This document shows positions 8,212 through 17,693 of a stretch of DNA of 36,590 bases, in pieces. Both the position numbers and the translations under genes were made by a program. This stretch comes from Candidatus Nanohaloarchaea archaeon (GTDB lineage Archaea; Nanohalarchaeota; Nanosalinia; Nanosalinales; Nanosalinaceae): NCBI GenBank assembly GCA_047617745.1, contig JBLGBN010000005.1, positions 1-36,590 on the forward strand, given 5' to 3'. A model generated the notes under the pieces. It saw only the letters and a program-made list of their open reading frames with translations. It made no database searches and was not told where the DNA came from. The number at the start of each line of letters is the position of its first letter. Position 1 is the stretch's first letter.

Positions 8212-9219
8212 TCAGGCTTCAAGCATCTCGATCATGTCTTCAAGCTCGTCTTCCGTCTCTACCTCTTCAAAGCTGTTTGCAATAAGCTCAAGAGTCCCAA
8301 AGTAATCGTTGTATCGTGCTCTTCCCTCGAGTTCAATCTTCTTTCCTATTACATCTGCCGCAGCCTTCTCTACAGCTTCGATATCTCCTTCTTTCTCGGT
8401 TTCCTCATCGATGTCCAGAAGTTCTCTGGCGCGATCCCGGAACATTACTACACGGGTATTCCCGGTTCCATCATCGACTACGATAGAGATCGCTAGTGCT
8501 TTATCCGGTTCAACTTCTCCGTGTTCTTCACATACATACTCTCCGTCATCGTCTTCTCTAACTGTGTTCCCGCATTCCGGACATGTTGAGTAGAACGGGC
8601 TGCTGGTGTATACATCCATCACCATGCCCTTTACCTTGTACTCTGCATTCTTACTCCGTACTTCTCTAATTGTTGCCTCGGTTACTCCGCCGCTTCCACC
8701 AGAAGTTTCAACTTCAGGTACTTCTTCGTCGTCAACCATCTTCACTTGTGCGGAGTCTCCAAGCCTTAGCTCTGCGTTACCCTGGTTGTCTTCAACTGTG
8801 TAGGCGCCGGATACACCTATTGCATCACCTTCATCCACTTTGTCGGCGATCTCCGTCTGTTCATCCCACAGGGTTAAACGGATAGTTCCTGTATCGTCGC
8901 CGAGAGTCATGTTCCGGACTTTTCCATCTTCTTCATCGTCGTCTCTCTCGAAGGTATTGATGTCAGAAATATTGGTTACACGGGCCTTTAGGTTGACCTT
9001 TCTCATATCCGGAACAATGTTTTCGATCTTTAGGGCTTGATCGCCTGACTCCGCTATCTGTACTCCTGCTTCCTTTGCAACTAGATGGATTGCACCCTCC
9101 TCAGATACGAGGCCTTCAAACTCTTCCATCTTTTCTTCTACTTTTTCCTCTATTTCGTCTTCGTCGAGGTCTGTTTCCTCTACTATCTTTTCGATTATTT
9201 GTTCCGGTTTCATACTCAA
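8212..9219 (-). CDS. Replication protein A / single-stranded DNA-binding protein (OB folds plus Zn finger)
   Basis: N-terminal helical domain, OB motif LGDDTGTIRLTLWD, CPEC..CEEH Zn finger, second DDGTG motif. Confidence 0.9.
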   Translation of the reverse strand: MSMKPEQIIEKIVEETDLDEDEIEEKVEEKMEEFEGLVSEEGAIHLVAKEAGVQIAESGDQALKIENIVPDMRKVNLKARVTNISDINTFERDDDEEDGKVRNMTLGDDTGTIRLTLWDEQTEIADKVDEGDAIGVSGAYTVEDNQGNAELRLGDSAQVKMVDDEEVPEVETSGGSGGVTEATIREVRSKNAEYKVKGMVMDVYTSSPFYSTCPECGNTVREDDDGEYVCEEHGEVEPDKALAISIVVDDGTGNTRVVMFRDRARELLDIDEETEKEGDIEAVEKAAADVIGKKIELEGRARYNDYFGTLELIANSFEEVETEDELEDMIEMLEA

Positions 9220-9281
9220 AACTTGATCTGGAAGACTTAAATCCGTGGTGTTTTCAGATTGTAAAAAAGAGAAAAACAGGT

Positions 9282-9479
9282 TTATTTGAGGGCTTCCTTG
9301 ACGTCTTCGCCTCTGACCGTCTTCCGGCCGTCTTCTCTGGCTACAGCCACTGATTCTTCAGCTAGGTCTCCTGCGAACATCTCCAGGATCTCCCCCAGCT
9401 CTTCGGCCGCGTCCTCTGAAACTCTTTTGTCTCCTTGGTTCTTGATCATTTCCTTCATTTTCGAGATAGAGAATTCCAT
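9282..9479 (-). CDS. Archaeal histone, divergent variant
   Basis: Histone fold RVSEDA..GRKTV..EDV; 65 aa; T-rich terminator-like tract downstream (plus-strand A-tract around 9263-9277). Confidence 0.9.
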   Translation of the reverse strand: MEFSISKMKEMIKNQGDKRVSEDAAEELGEILEMFAGDLAEESVAVAREDGRKTVRGEDVKEALK

Positions 9480-9532
9480 CTTTAGATCACATATGAGGTT
9501 CGATTACAAGTTATTTAAACAGTTCCAAAGGT

Positions 9533-10012
9533 TCAGAATCCAGGCTCTTCGTCGCTGTATATCTTCGAAACACCTTCCATCACCTGCCCTTGGTCACGGC
9601 TTTCCAGTATATTCTCTGCTTTGCTGGCGAAATCACTCACATCTTCGAACTTTCTTCTTGAAGTATCTATGAAGATGCCCTGAAGATAGTTCTGCCACTC
9701 CTTCTCACGTTCGGCCATCTCTTCTAGTCCTCTTTCCTCATATTCCTCAAGTATCCTTGTGATTTCTTCATCGGTTGGAGGTCTCGCGCTGATATACATC
9801 ACACCGGTGAAATCATCTAGTTCTAATTCGCTGGCGAAGAAACCGGTGCCATCTTCTCTCACAACTGAAAACTCGTTTCCATCGCTCACACCCCAGTTGC
9901 TGGTGCCCCGGGAGATGGTCTCCATGTCGTAGGTCAGTTTGGTTAAGCCGTCATCTACAACTTGTCCTCCGCTGTCTCCGCGGTAAACTATGTTCCTTAG
10001 ATCGTAATCCAT
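9533..10012 (-). CDS. Acidic hypothetical protein
   Basis: 159-aa acidic ORF with GAGGTGA SD upstream. Confidence 0.75.
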   Translation of the reverse strand: MDYDLRNIVYRGDSGGQVVDDGLTKLTYDMETISRGTSNWGVSDGNEFSVVREDGTGFFASELELDDFTGVMYISARPPTDEEITRILEEYEERGLEEMAEREKEWQNYLQGIFIDTSRRKFEDVSDFASKAENILESRDQGQVMEGVSKIYSDEEPGF

Positions 10013-10214
10013 ACCCGTTCACCTCTCTCCAAATGATAAATAGCTCTGTTTTGACTCACATCTGATGTTTATCCTATGTTTGGTTTTAACGAACATTCAA
10101 ACTTATTAAAAACCTTTTGTCTTCACCGTAAGGAAATTACTACAATATTTGAGAGTTCAAACTAAACGAACAACCTCGGTAAACGGTAAAAAGAACCGCC
10201 AGCAAGAAGTTCTC

Positions 10215-10430
10215 ATGAAGATAACGAAGATCCAGGATGACGGCGAGAGATTTATCATACACGGAGACGGCAGGCTTCTCGACCGCCTGAAGGAGGTATT
10301 CGACCAGATGGCTCTTGGTGTTTCGGTTACAGAATCAGAAGAGGGTGTTGCCAATATACTCTATACCGAGAATAACCGCGATATAGTGCTTCGGGTCTTG
10401 AATGATCATACTGAAACAAACGGCAAATGA
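10215..10430 (+). CDS. Small hypothetical protein
   Basis: ORF MKITKIQDDG...; upstream TTG 10149 is a possible alternative start. Confidence 0.6.
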   Translation: MKITKIQDDGERFIIHGDGRLLDRLKEVFDQMALGVSVTESEEGVANILYTENNRDIVLRVLNDHTETNGK

Positions 10431-10826
10431 GTGTTTGGTTTGTTTGAACACTCGTTGAATCTTGAGAATTATGCTGGCATAAAGAAGGTATATCGCAACT
10501 ATACAAGTATACGTTTCTGGATATATCTTTCGCACTTACCCAAGGGGTCGCGAGCGAGATCCGCACTATAATAAAGAAGGTATATTTTCTCCCTCTGACT
10601 TCCAGGCTGAATCTTCAATCTGCTAACATACCTTCTTTGTTTTGGATGTTTTAGACTCTCTGTCCCTAGTTTAGCAAGCTGTACTAGGTGCAGTTTTGTA
10701 AACTGCGATCAATCTTCTGAACCGTTAAACCTGAAAACGGCGTAAATTGCCTTTATAGAGCCTGTAATTTTTGGCCATTCCCGAAGAAATGTCTGGGCGA
10801 GTGTGTTTTCTAGATGAACACTCATT
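10426..10826. repeat. Intergenic region bounded by inverted 25-bp palindromic units, with internal AAAGAAGGTAT repeats
   Basis: GAGTGT-N13-ACACTC at 10429-10453 and 10799-10823; ATAAAGAAGGTATAT at 10479-10493 and 10571-10585; inverted core at 10628-10638. Confidence 0.6.
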
Positions 10827-11106
10827 AAGGTCCTTCATAGCTTGTTCCGTTCCCTTCAAAATTGATTGCAGGATCAAATGCATCAGGCTTGTAATCAGGT
10901 TCGATACCTGGTTCAAGGTATATACCGATTTCTTCCCCCAGCTCCTCGTGATCTCCAGCATATTCTAGAAACATCAATCCTACTCTAAGTTCATCGTAAA
11001 CTCTCTCTATTGCTTCTTTTTCTGTTTCATTGGTTCTCTGAATATATGTGCTGAAGCTTGCCATCCTTTGAAGGATTGCAGTTTCGTATTTCTGCTGGTT
11101 GTTCAT
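10825..11106 (-). CDS. Hypothetical protein
   Basis: 93-aa acidic ORF with an AT-rich promoter-like region upstream. Confidence 0.6.
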   Translation of the reverse strand: MNNQQKYETAILQRMASFSTYIQRTNETEKEAIERVYDELRVGLMFLEYAGDHEELGEEIGIYLEPGIEPDYKPDAFDPAINFEGNGTSYEGP

Positions 11107-11288
11107 TTTATTTACACTCTCAACTATCTCAATTTAACTAAATAGTTGCACCAATAAGTATTTAATAACATTGAATGTTCGTATGAGAAACACTATCCGG
11201 AAGAGAGTTTACGGAGCTGAAAACCTGTGCTATTACCTAGTGATAAATATAAAGTTTTAGTCCAAAGTAGTACCTAGGTGCACACAAA

Positions 11289-12455
11289 ATGTTTGGATTA
11301 GATAGGAGATCAGACTGGTTAAAAGGCGTAGATAAGGATGCAACAAATGCAAGAGATTCTATAGTAAGCGAGAGCGGATCGGATAAAGGTTTAGTACCTG
11401 CAATCGAGGATAATGAAGGGCGGTTTGAAACAAAGAGGGGTGAAAGCCGCGGCCCCACAGAAAAGGAAAGATGGACACGTGATTTGGTAAATTATGATGT
11501 TAATGTGAGTTTTGCTGACGTAGGTCATGAGAATAGTCTTGATGTTGACCTGAAGGCAGATGTAGAAGGGCTTGGCTCAACCGGTATCGAGAGTGCAGAT
11601 CTGGATGGATACCTAGATGAAATTGATAACAAAACCACCGCAGTTAGAGAACAGATTCGGGATGCCAAGGAAGCCAGAGAAATTCTCCGTGGTGGAGAAA
11701 GAGACGCAGAGGAAGGTCTCCTAGACGAGCTTCTCACGAATGTTCCGGCAGATCATTCGCCGGAAGATGTGCGTTCTGATAGACTTAATGAATCAAGAGC
11801 TGGTGAAAGAACTGGAAATCTGAACGAGAGCCAAGACATGACAGAGAACGGTGTTGAACTTCTCGACGAACACCTGGGATCACTTAGAGGCCTAGAAGCA
11901 GCATACGAATCACATGCTGCAGAAACCGCTGCACAGTACCACGATGACGCAAAGGAGAATATCAAGAAGGCTTCAGAAGGAGCACAGGACATGTTTGACA
12001 AGTTTGCAGAAACCGCTGAAGCAGCTAGCGTAGTTGTGGAAAGAGGAATAGAGACAGTAAATCATGAAAACTACTCTCAAACACTGGTGCCAGAAAACAC
12101 AGCAAGACAGGAATCCGTACAGGCTGTCGCAGAACAGACATTGGAGAAACAGCTTGAAGTTCTTGCAGATTACATGGAGCAGATCGACCAGGGTGTCGAC
12201 CAGATCGAAGAAGCATACGAGAGATTCTCAGAAGTACTCGGCGAGGAAGAAGTTGACTACATGAGAGAAACAGTCGAGGAATACAGAGAAGGAATGTCAG
12301 AGCTTGCACAAAACGCAGTCTCAGAGTACGTAGATGTAGAGGAAGGAAAAGAAGTCTCCGAATACGTTCAGGAGATGGTGGAATACACCGGGCTTGAAGA
12401 CGACTGGCAAATCAGCGAACAAGGGCTAGACATGAGTTCTAGAACTGAGGCTTGA
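11289..12455 (+). CDS. Highly acidic, predicted helical/coiled-coil hypothetical protein
   Basis: 388 aa, E/D/A-rich helical composition; AGGTG SD upstream. Confidence 0.8.
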   Translation: MFGLDRRSDWLKGVDKDATNARDSIVSESGSDKGLVPAIEDNEGRFETKRGESRGPTEKERWTRDLVNYDVNVSFADVGHENSLDVDLKADVEGLGSTGIESADLDGYLDEIDNKTTAVREQIRDAKEAREILRGGERDAEEGLLDELLTNVPADHSPEDVRSDRLNESRAGERTGNLNESQDMTENGVELLDEHLGSLRGLEAAYESHAAETAAQYHDDAKENIKKASEGAQDMFDKFAETAEAASVVVERGIETVNHENYSQTLVPENTARQESVQAVAEQTLEKQLEVLADYMEQIDQGVDQIEEAYERFSEVLGEEEVDYMRETVEEYREGMSELAQNAVSEYVDVEEGKEVSEYVQEMVEYTGLEDDWQISEQGLDMSSRTEA

Positions 12456-13261
12456 TATCTATGAGCAAAGAACCGGGAAAGAAAGAAGACATTACAGGAG
12501 AATCCACAGGTATTGACAGAAGAAAGGTTTTAGCAGGAGCTGCAACTGCTCTAGGAGGAATAGTAGTTGCTGGAGACTATGTTGAAGATGGAGAATGGGA
12601 TAGATACGGTATAAAGGGAGGAAAGGCAGATAACCCTACAAATGAAACGCCTATTGGGACCGTAACAGATACGCCAACAGAAACTGCAACTCCTACCGAA
12701 ACACCTACTGAGACTCCCACACCAACGGCTACGCCAACCCCAACAGAGACTCCTGAACCAACACCTACACAGGAGGAGATTTACAGCACTACCATAAACG
12801 CCAGTGAGCCTTACGGGGAAGCCGAATTCAATTTGTCACCGGACGTTATTATGGATGGTGCGACTGAAAATACATTTTTCGGGATCCAGGAAAGCGGTGA
12901 TCTGATATTTGGTGATACAACAGGAGAGGGAATAATTCAGGAGTTTGAAACTGATACATTCCCTGATGACGACTTCTATTCCGAAGAGGATCAGCACCTG
13001 ATTGTCTCAATGGCTCAGGATCTAGATGCGGAAGTCAAAGAGCTGCCGAGACCTTACGCAGAGTTTATTACGGAAGAGGACGAGAGTATAGAGGAAAACA
13101 TAGAATACCTAGACGTTTCGTGGGGAGAAATGATGGAGTATGCACACGAGAAAGGCAGAAAAGATGAACTGGCTGATTATCCGCTAGATGTGGTGTCATC
13201 CTACGAAGAAGATGAACCCGTCCTAGATGATAATTGGGAAAGAGTCCTCAATTGGGGTTAG
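12452..13261 (+). CDS. Exported protein with twin-arginine-like signal and Thr/Pro linker
   Basis: IDRRKVLAGAATALGGIVVAG, then TPTETATPTETPTETPTP; start may be ATG 12461. Confidence 0.8.
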   Translation: MISMSKEPGKKEDITGESTGIDRRKVLAGAATALGGIVVAGDYVEDGEWDRYGIKGGKADNPTNETPIGTVTDTPTETATPTETPTETPTPTATPTPTETPEPTPTQEEIYSTTINASEPYGEAEFNLSPDVIMDGATENTFFGIQESGDLIFGDTTGEGIIQEFETDTFPDDDFYSEEDQHLIVSMAQDLDAEVKELPRPYAEFITEEDESIEENIEYLDVSWGEMMEYAHEKGRKDELADYPLDVVSSYEEDEPVLDDNWERVLNWG

Positions 13262-14557
13262 GTGATAGTTTTGAAACCTTCAGAATCTAAAGCTGCAGCG
13301 TTCCTTGCATTGTTCTTGTCAATTATAATGATTGCGGGGATGTCGGTCGCGATAGTCGGTGGCGACGCCGACAACGAAGGCGATACAGGATCTGGAGGCT
13401 CTGACTATCCTTCTGGTGGCGACGCTGATAATGAAGGCGATACTAACGATGGTACGGACGGTTCTGATTCCGGCTCTACCGGAGATTCAGGTAGCGACGG
13501 CTCCACAGACGATTCTACAGATGATTCAACGGATAGCCCTACAGGCGGTGACGCCGATAATGAAGGTGACACCGGTTCAGGAGATACTGATTCTCCTACA
13601 GGTGGAGACGCTGATAATGAAGGTGATACTAACGACGGAACAGCCGATGATGGAACCGACGGCACGGATGATGGAACAGGTGGTGACGGTACAACTGATG
13701 AGCCTGATGACGGCGGTACCACTGACCCGGGTGACGGCGATGATAATACTACAGATCCTGGTGACGGAACCGATCCTGGCGATGGAGACGATGGCAATCA
13801 AACCGACCCTGGCGATGGGGATGACGGGAATCAGACAGATCCTGGAGATGGTGATACAGATGATGGAGGGACAGATACTCCGACTCAGTCTGATGGAGGT
13901 TCCGGCGGCCGCTGGTTAATACCTGGAGTTGACTTCACAGTCGAGTACCTAGATGTATCCCTGAATCCGGACAGAGTAAATACTGGTGAAGAGTTCCGTG
14001 TAGAAGGGGAAGTTGGAACCCTTGACAGAGAGCAGGTCGATATATACATTGATGGCCAGCATGTAGACCAGTTCGGCACTTACGGAGAGTTCAGCAGAAC
14101 TTTCACAGCTGGAGAACCTGGCTACGAAACTGTAAGAGTTGAAACAGATTTCGACTCCCAGGAACTCCTTCTCAGAGTTGACGGGGAAGAGGTTCCGCCG
14201 ACTCAAGCAGAAGACGAACTGGAGATCACATCAGTTGGTTATCCGGTACATGTAAGTCCGGGTGAAAACTTCGAGATATGCGTTGAAACAGAAGGAGGAA
14301 CGACTCCTAGCATAACTCTGAGCAAGAGCGGTCAGCAAGTAGCACAGAGAACCGCAAGATCGACCTGCTTCGAGCAGTCTGTAGAGGAGGGTATTCACGG
14401 CTTCACTGTGGGAGCAGAATCGGCTGATGGAAGTGACTCCCGATCGTTTACAATCAGGTCAGGTCAAGAGCTCACTTCAAGAATCTCTCAGAAAGTGCCG
14501 GGATCCAACATGGGAATTTTCGAGAGAATAGGTAAAGCGATCGCAATCTATGTATAA
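13262..14557 (+). CDS. Secreted/surface protein with 4x GGDADNEGDT and DPGDGD repeats and C-terminal Ig-like domains
   Basis: Signal-like hydrophobic N-terminus, D/G/T low-complexity region, beta-rich C-terminal half; start may be TTG 13271 after AGGTGA. Confidence 0.8.
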   Translation: MIVLKPSESKAAAFLALFLSIIMIAGMSVAIVGGDADNEGDTGSGGSDYPSGGDADNEGDTNDGTDGSDSGSTGDSGSDGSTDDSTDDSTDSPTGGDADNEGDTGSGDTDSPTGGDADNEGDTNDGTADDGTDGTDDGTGGDGTTDEPDDGGTTDPGDGDDNTTDPGDGTDPGDGDDGNQTDPGDGDDGNQTDPGDGDTDDGGTDTPTQSDGGSGGRWLIPGVDFTVEYLDVSLNPDRVNTGEEFRVEGEVGTLDREQVDIYIDGQHVDQFGTYGEFSRTFTAGEPGYETVRVETDFDSQELLLRVDGEEVPPTQAEDELEITSVGYPVHVSPGENFEICVETEGGTTPSITLSKSGQQVAQRTARSTCFEQSVEEGIHGFTVGAESADGSDSRSFTIRSGQELTSRISQKVPGSNMGIFERIGKAIAIYV

Positions 14558-14578
14558 GAGGAAAATGTTTTAGCTCGG

Positions 14579-14959
14579 CTAGGGATTGCTCCTGCCGAGT
14601 ATCTCGACCTCGTATCCTTCCGGATCCTTCACGAACGCATAATTACCAGGACACTCCTCCGGAGGTCTATAGTCTTCTCCTCCGGCTTTAACAGCTTTCT
14701 CATATGCTTCCTGGAGAGATTGATCCTCGTCTGTGTAGATCGCGATGTGGCCGAATCCCTCACCTTTGTCATACTTGTCGTCTTCACCGTGGTTATATGT
14801 GAGCTCAAGTTCAGCGGTCTGATCTTCAGATCCCAGGAAGTAGAGCGTGAATGTTTCCTGCTCTGATTTTCTTCTAAGTTCAAAACCGAATGCTTCCTCG
14901 TAGAACTCGATAACTTTTTCCGGATCGGATACCCGGAGCATGGTGTGTGCGAGTTTCAT
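14579..14959 (-). CDS. gloA: Lactoylglutathione lyase (glyoxalase I, VOC family)
   Basis: HTMLRV, ELELTYN, GFGHIAI, FVKDPEGYEVE; all four metal ligands are present. Confidence 0.9.
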   Translation of the reverse strand: MKLAHTMLRVSDPEKVIEFYEEAFGFELRRKSEQETFTLYFLGSEDQTAELELTYNHGEDDKYDKGEGFGHIAIYTDEDQSLQEAYEKAVKAGGEDYRPPEECPGNYAFVKDPEGYEVEILGRSNP

Positions 14960-14986
14960 GTTTTCCCTGTTTGTTCTCCTCAGGTA

Positions 14987-15373
14987 TTAATTCTGTGGGA
15001 GGATGTTCACGGATTCCGTGTTCTTGCTTCCTTCAAGCTCGTTGTAGAACTTGATGACCCGGTCAGCAGCTCCGTGTGTATGGAATACTTCCAGACAGTT
15101 TTCCCCGTCCAGCTTGCTGTGGAGCTGGGTTGTGATAACGTCATCGTATTCGTGAGCTATCTCCGCTATTTTCTGCTCACGTCGGTGCGGATGTCTTGTA
15201 ACAATTACCGCGTTTAGATCTCCTTCCAGTTTCTGGTTGTTCTGGGTGTCCTGATGCAGCTTCTCGACTGCTTTTCTTATCAGTTCGCTTCTCCCGTTGA
15301 AGCTGCTTTCCTCCTGTATCCTGTTGATTTTTTCCAGTGTTTCTTCATCAAGGGAGAGACTTATTATTTCCAT
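14987..15373 (-). CDS. NikR/CopG-family ribbon-helix-helix metal-responsive regulator
   Basis: IISLSL..GRSELIRKA RHH domain plus NikR C-terminal domain (AHEY..QLHSK..NCLEV). Confidence 0.88.
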   Translation of the reverse strand: MEIISLSLDEETLEKINRIQEESSFNGRSELIRKAVEKLHQDTQNNQKLEGDLNAVIVTRHPHRREQKIAEIAHEYDDVITTQLHSKLDGENCLEVFHTHGAADRVIKFYNELEGSKNTESVNILPQN

Positions 15374-15424
15374 AAAACCGAATTAATAGTATTCTTTAAA
15401 AAGTTAATAAGAAACTGTGTGGGT

Positions 15425-16159
15425 ATGGTCCAGACAAATATATTTGCAAGCCTAGTTTTGGCCTCCCTGTTCTCAGCAGCAGGCGCATTTTTCCTCTACA
15501 TATCAAATGACGATTTCGAGAGGATTACACCCTACCTGATTTCCCTCTCAGCAGGCACAATATTCGGAGGAGTATTCATACATCTAGTTTTTAGACTAGC
15601 TAACAGGTTCAGCTATGGCAGAATAACAGGTTTACTGATTATCGCAGGTATGATGGGCTCATTCCTGCTTGAGAAGATTATACACTGGCACTGTCACCAC
15701 AGCGGTGAGCATAAAGAACCGCTGCCGTATGTGCTGGCTGCGGGAGACTCCGTACATAACATTCTGGACGGAGTTCTGATCGCCACAAGCTTCCTTGCCT
15801 CGACCTCAGCAGGTATTGCAGCTACAATCGCCATAATCGCGCACAAGATTCCAAAGGAGCTGGGAGATTTCGGTGTAATGGTTGACTACGGTTTCTCCAA
15901 GCTGAAGGCGTTAGGAGTCAACATCGGTATCAGCGCATTCATGTTCATCGGGGCAGCCTTGGTTCTCGGGATTTCCCAGATTTCTGCCTCAACAGTTCCA
16001 ATCCTGCTTCCGCTGGTAGTAGGCAACTTTGTGTTCATCGCGGGAAGTGATCTTCTTCCGGATTTCAAGGGAAGCGAGAACTGGTTTCAGCACCTGGTAG
16101 TATTCTCGATCGGCGTCGCGATAATGTACGCCATCCCTTACATCAAGGCGATGGTCTAG
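15425..16159 (+). CDS. ZIP family divalent metal transporter
   Basis: HWHCHH loop, [36 protein letters not shown] 15425 preferred because the track start 15254 overlaps the NikR-like gene. Confidence 0.9.
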   Translation: MVQTNIFASLVLASLFSAAGAFFLYISNDDFERITPYLISLSAGTIFGGVFIHLVFRLANRFSYGRITGLLIIAGMMGSFLLEKIIHWHCHHSGEHKEPLPYVLAAGDSVHNILDGVLIATSFLASTSAGIAATIAIIAHKIPKELGDFGVMVDYGFSKLKALGVNIGISAFMFIGAALVLGISQISASTVPILLPLVVGNFVFIAGSDLLPDFKGSENWFQHLVVFSIGVAIMYAIPYIKAMV

Positions 16160-17241
16160 CTGACGAAGTCCTTGACGGTCTCGAAGAACGATTTATCTTT
16201 CTCGCCTTTTTCTCTCATCCCATCTAGAACTTCTCTCTGCTCATCAGTCACTTCTTCAGGAATGTGAACATCTATCTTAATATATAGATCTCCTTTTCTC
16301 CGTCTTCTTCTCTGCGCAGGCATTCCTTTCCCCTCCAGCCTCAGCACCTGGCCGGGCTGAGTTCCTTCAGGGATTTTGACCTGAATATCCGATTCCGGAT
16401 GCTCTAGCTCTACCTCTGTTCCCAGGACTGCGTCACCGATACCGACTGTTAGGGTTGTGAACAGATCGTTGTCTTTCCTCTCATAGACGTCATGTTCTTC
16501 TAGGTTGACATACAGGAATAGATCACCTGCTTCTCCCGATATCGATCTGTTTCCTTCACCGGAAAGTCTTAATCTCTGGCCATCCTTCACCCCCGCCGGT
16601 ATATCGACGGTTATCTTGCTTTTTTCCTCGACTAATCCCTCGCCGCTGCATTCTGAACATTTCTCCTCAGGTATTTCGCCCCGGCCTTCACATTCAGGGC
16701 ATTCCGTTACTGATCTAGCTCTCCCTAGAGGTGTTCTTTGAACCTGTTCCACTCTTCCTCTACCGCTACATCTTGAACAGGTTGTAGTATTTTCGTTTTC
16801 AGCTCCGGTACCGCTGCATTCCGAACATTCGACTTTCCGTTCAACTTCGAAAGTCTTCTCTACACCGGTATATGCTTCTTCTAGGGAGATTGTGGTGTGC
16901 ATCTTGAGGTTTTCTCCTTTACTTCTCTGTCTTGAACCTCCGAATCCGCCGCCACCAAATATCTGCTCGAAGATATCCTGAAAGTTCTGCGCTGCTCTCC
17001 TCTGACCTCTTCCGGCGTGACCTTCTACCCCCTGCTTTCCGAACTGATCGTACTTCTTCCTCTTATCCTCGTCAGATAGAACGTCGTAGGCCTTGTTTAT
17101 CTTCTTGAACTTCTCCTCGTCAGCAGTTTCGGAATTAGAATCTGGGTGGTATTTTTTGGCTTTCTTCCGGTAAGCCTTCTTGATCTCCTCCTGACTTGCG
17201 TCTTCAGAAACTCCAAGGAGTTGGTAGTATTCTTTCGGCAT
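16156..17241 (-). CDS. dnaJ: Chaperone DnaJ
   Basis: J domain with HPD, G/F region, four CxxCxGxG repeats. Confidence 0.97.
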   Translation of the reverse strand: MPKEYYQLLGVSEDASQEEIKKAYRKKAKKYHPDSNSETADEEKFKKINKAYDVLSDEDKRKKYDQFGKQGVEGHAGRGQRRAAQNFQDIFEQIFGGGGFGGSRQRSKGENLKMHTTISLEEAYTGVEKTFEVERKVECSECSGTGAENENTTTCSRCSGRGRVEQVQRTPLGRARSVTECPECEGRGEIPEEKCSECSGEGLVEEKSKITVDIPAGVKDGQRLRLSGEGNRSISGEAGDLFLYVNLEEHDVYERKDNDLFTTLTVGIGDAVLGTEVELEHPESDIQVKIPEGTQPGQVLRLEGKGMPAQRRRRRKGDLYIKIDVHIPEEVTDEQREVLDGMREKGEKDKSFFETVKDFVS

Positions 17242-17693
17242 TAGCTTATCACCTTCTCCAGATCTAGGCGTGAATTTATTAGCTGTATCCTGTCACCTTT
17301 GGAGAGATCCTCAAGCTCGCTGTGCGGGATGGAAGCGTCCAACCTGAGGTTTTCGTTGACTTGTAGGATGATTTCTGTATCGCTATCATCTTTTTCCAGG
17401 TGTTCGGTAGTCCCTGTGATGTTATAGTGCCAATTGTCTGATGTTTCTTTAGCCCTTTTCAATCCGTTACTGTCTTCCGCTTCTCTAACCGCGTTTACTA
17501 ATGCGGATATGGATAGCTCTTTTTCCTCACCAATATCTTCCTTTTCTAGCAGACCATCTTTATCGAAAATCTTTACCTCTTCCCCGTAGGAGGTCTCTAA
17601 CGTTGCCATCTTGGTATAAACAGCCCCCTGGTATGAAGCCATATCTTCTAGGTCAACGACCGTTCCGACAAAGGAAGAGGTTCCGGAGGACAT
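17241..17693 (-). CDS. Hypothetical beta-rich protein between dnaK and dnaJ
   Basis: 150-aa acidic ORF with TAATG stop/start overlaps at both ends. Confidence 0.8.
   Translation of the reverse strand: MSSGTSSFVGTVVDLEDMASYQGAVYTKMATLETSYGEEVKIFDKDGLLEKEDIGEEKELSISALVNAVREAEDSNGLKRAKETSDNWHYNITGTTEHLEKDDSDTEIILQVNENLRLDASIPHSELEDLSKGDRIQLINSRLDLEKVIS

Noticed and set aside
12657..12770. Tandem-like DNA repeats suggesting an array or CRISPR
   Set aside because: Explained by a Thr/Pro peptide linker with variable codons; no constant repeat-spacer structure or cas genes in the window
15254..15424. N-terminal extension of the ZIP transporter in the ORF track
   Set aside because: It overlaps the divergent NikR-like gene; the hydrophobic ZIP domain starts at ATG 15425
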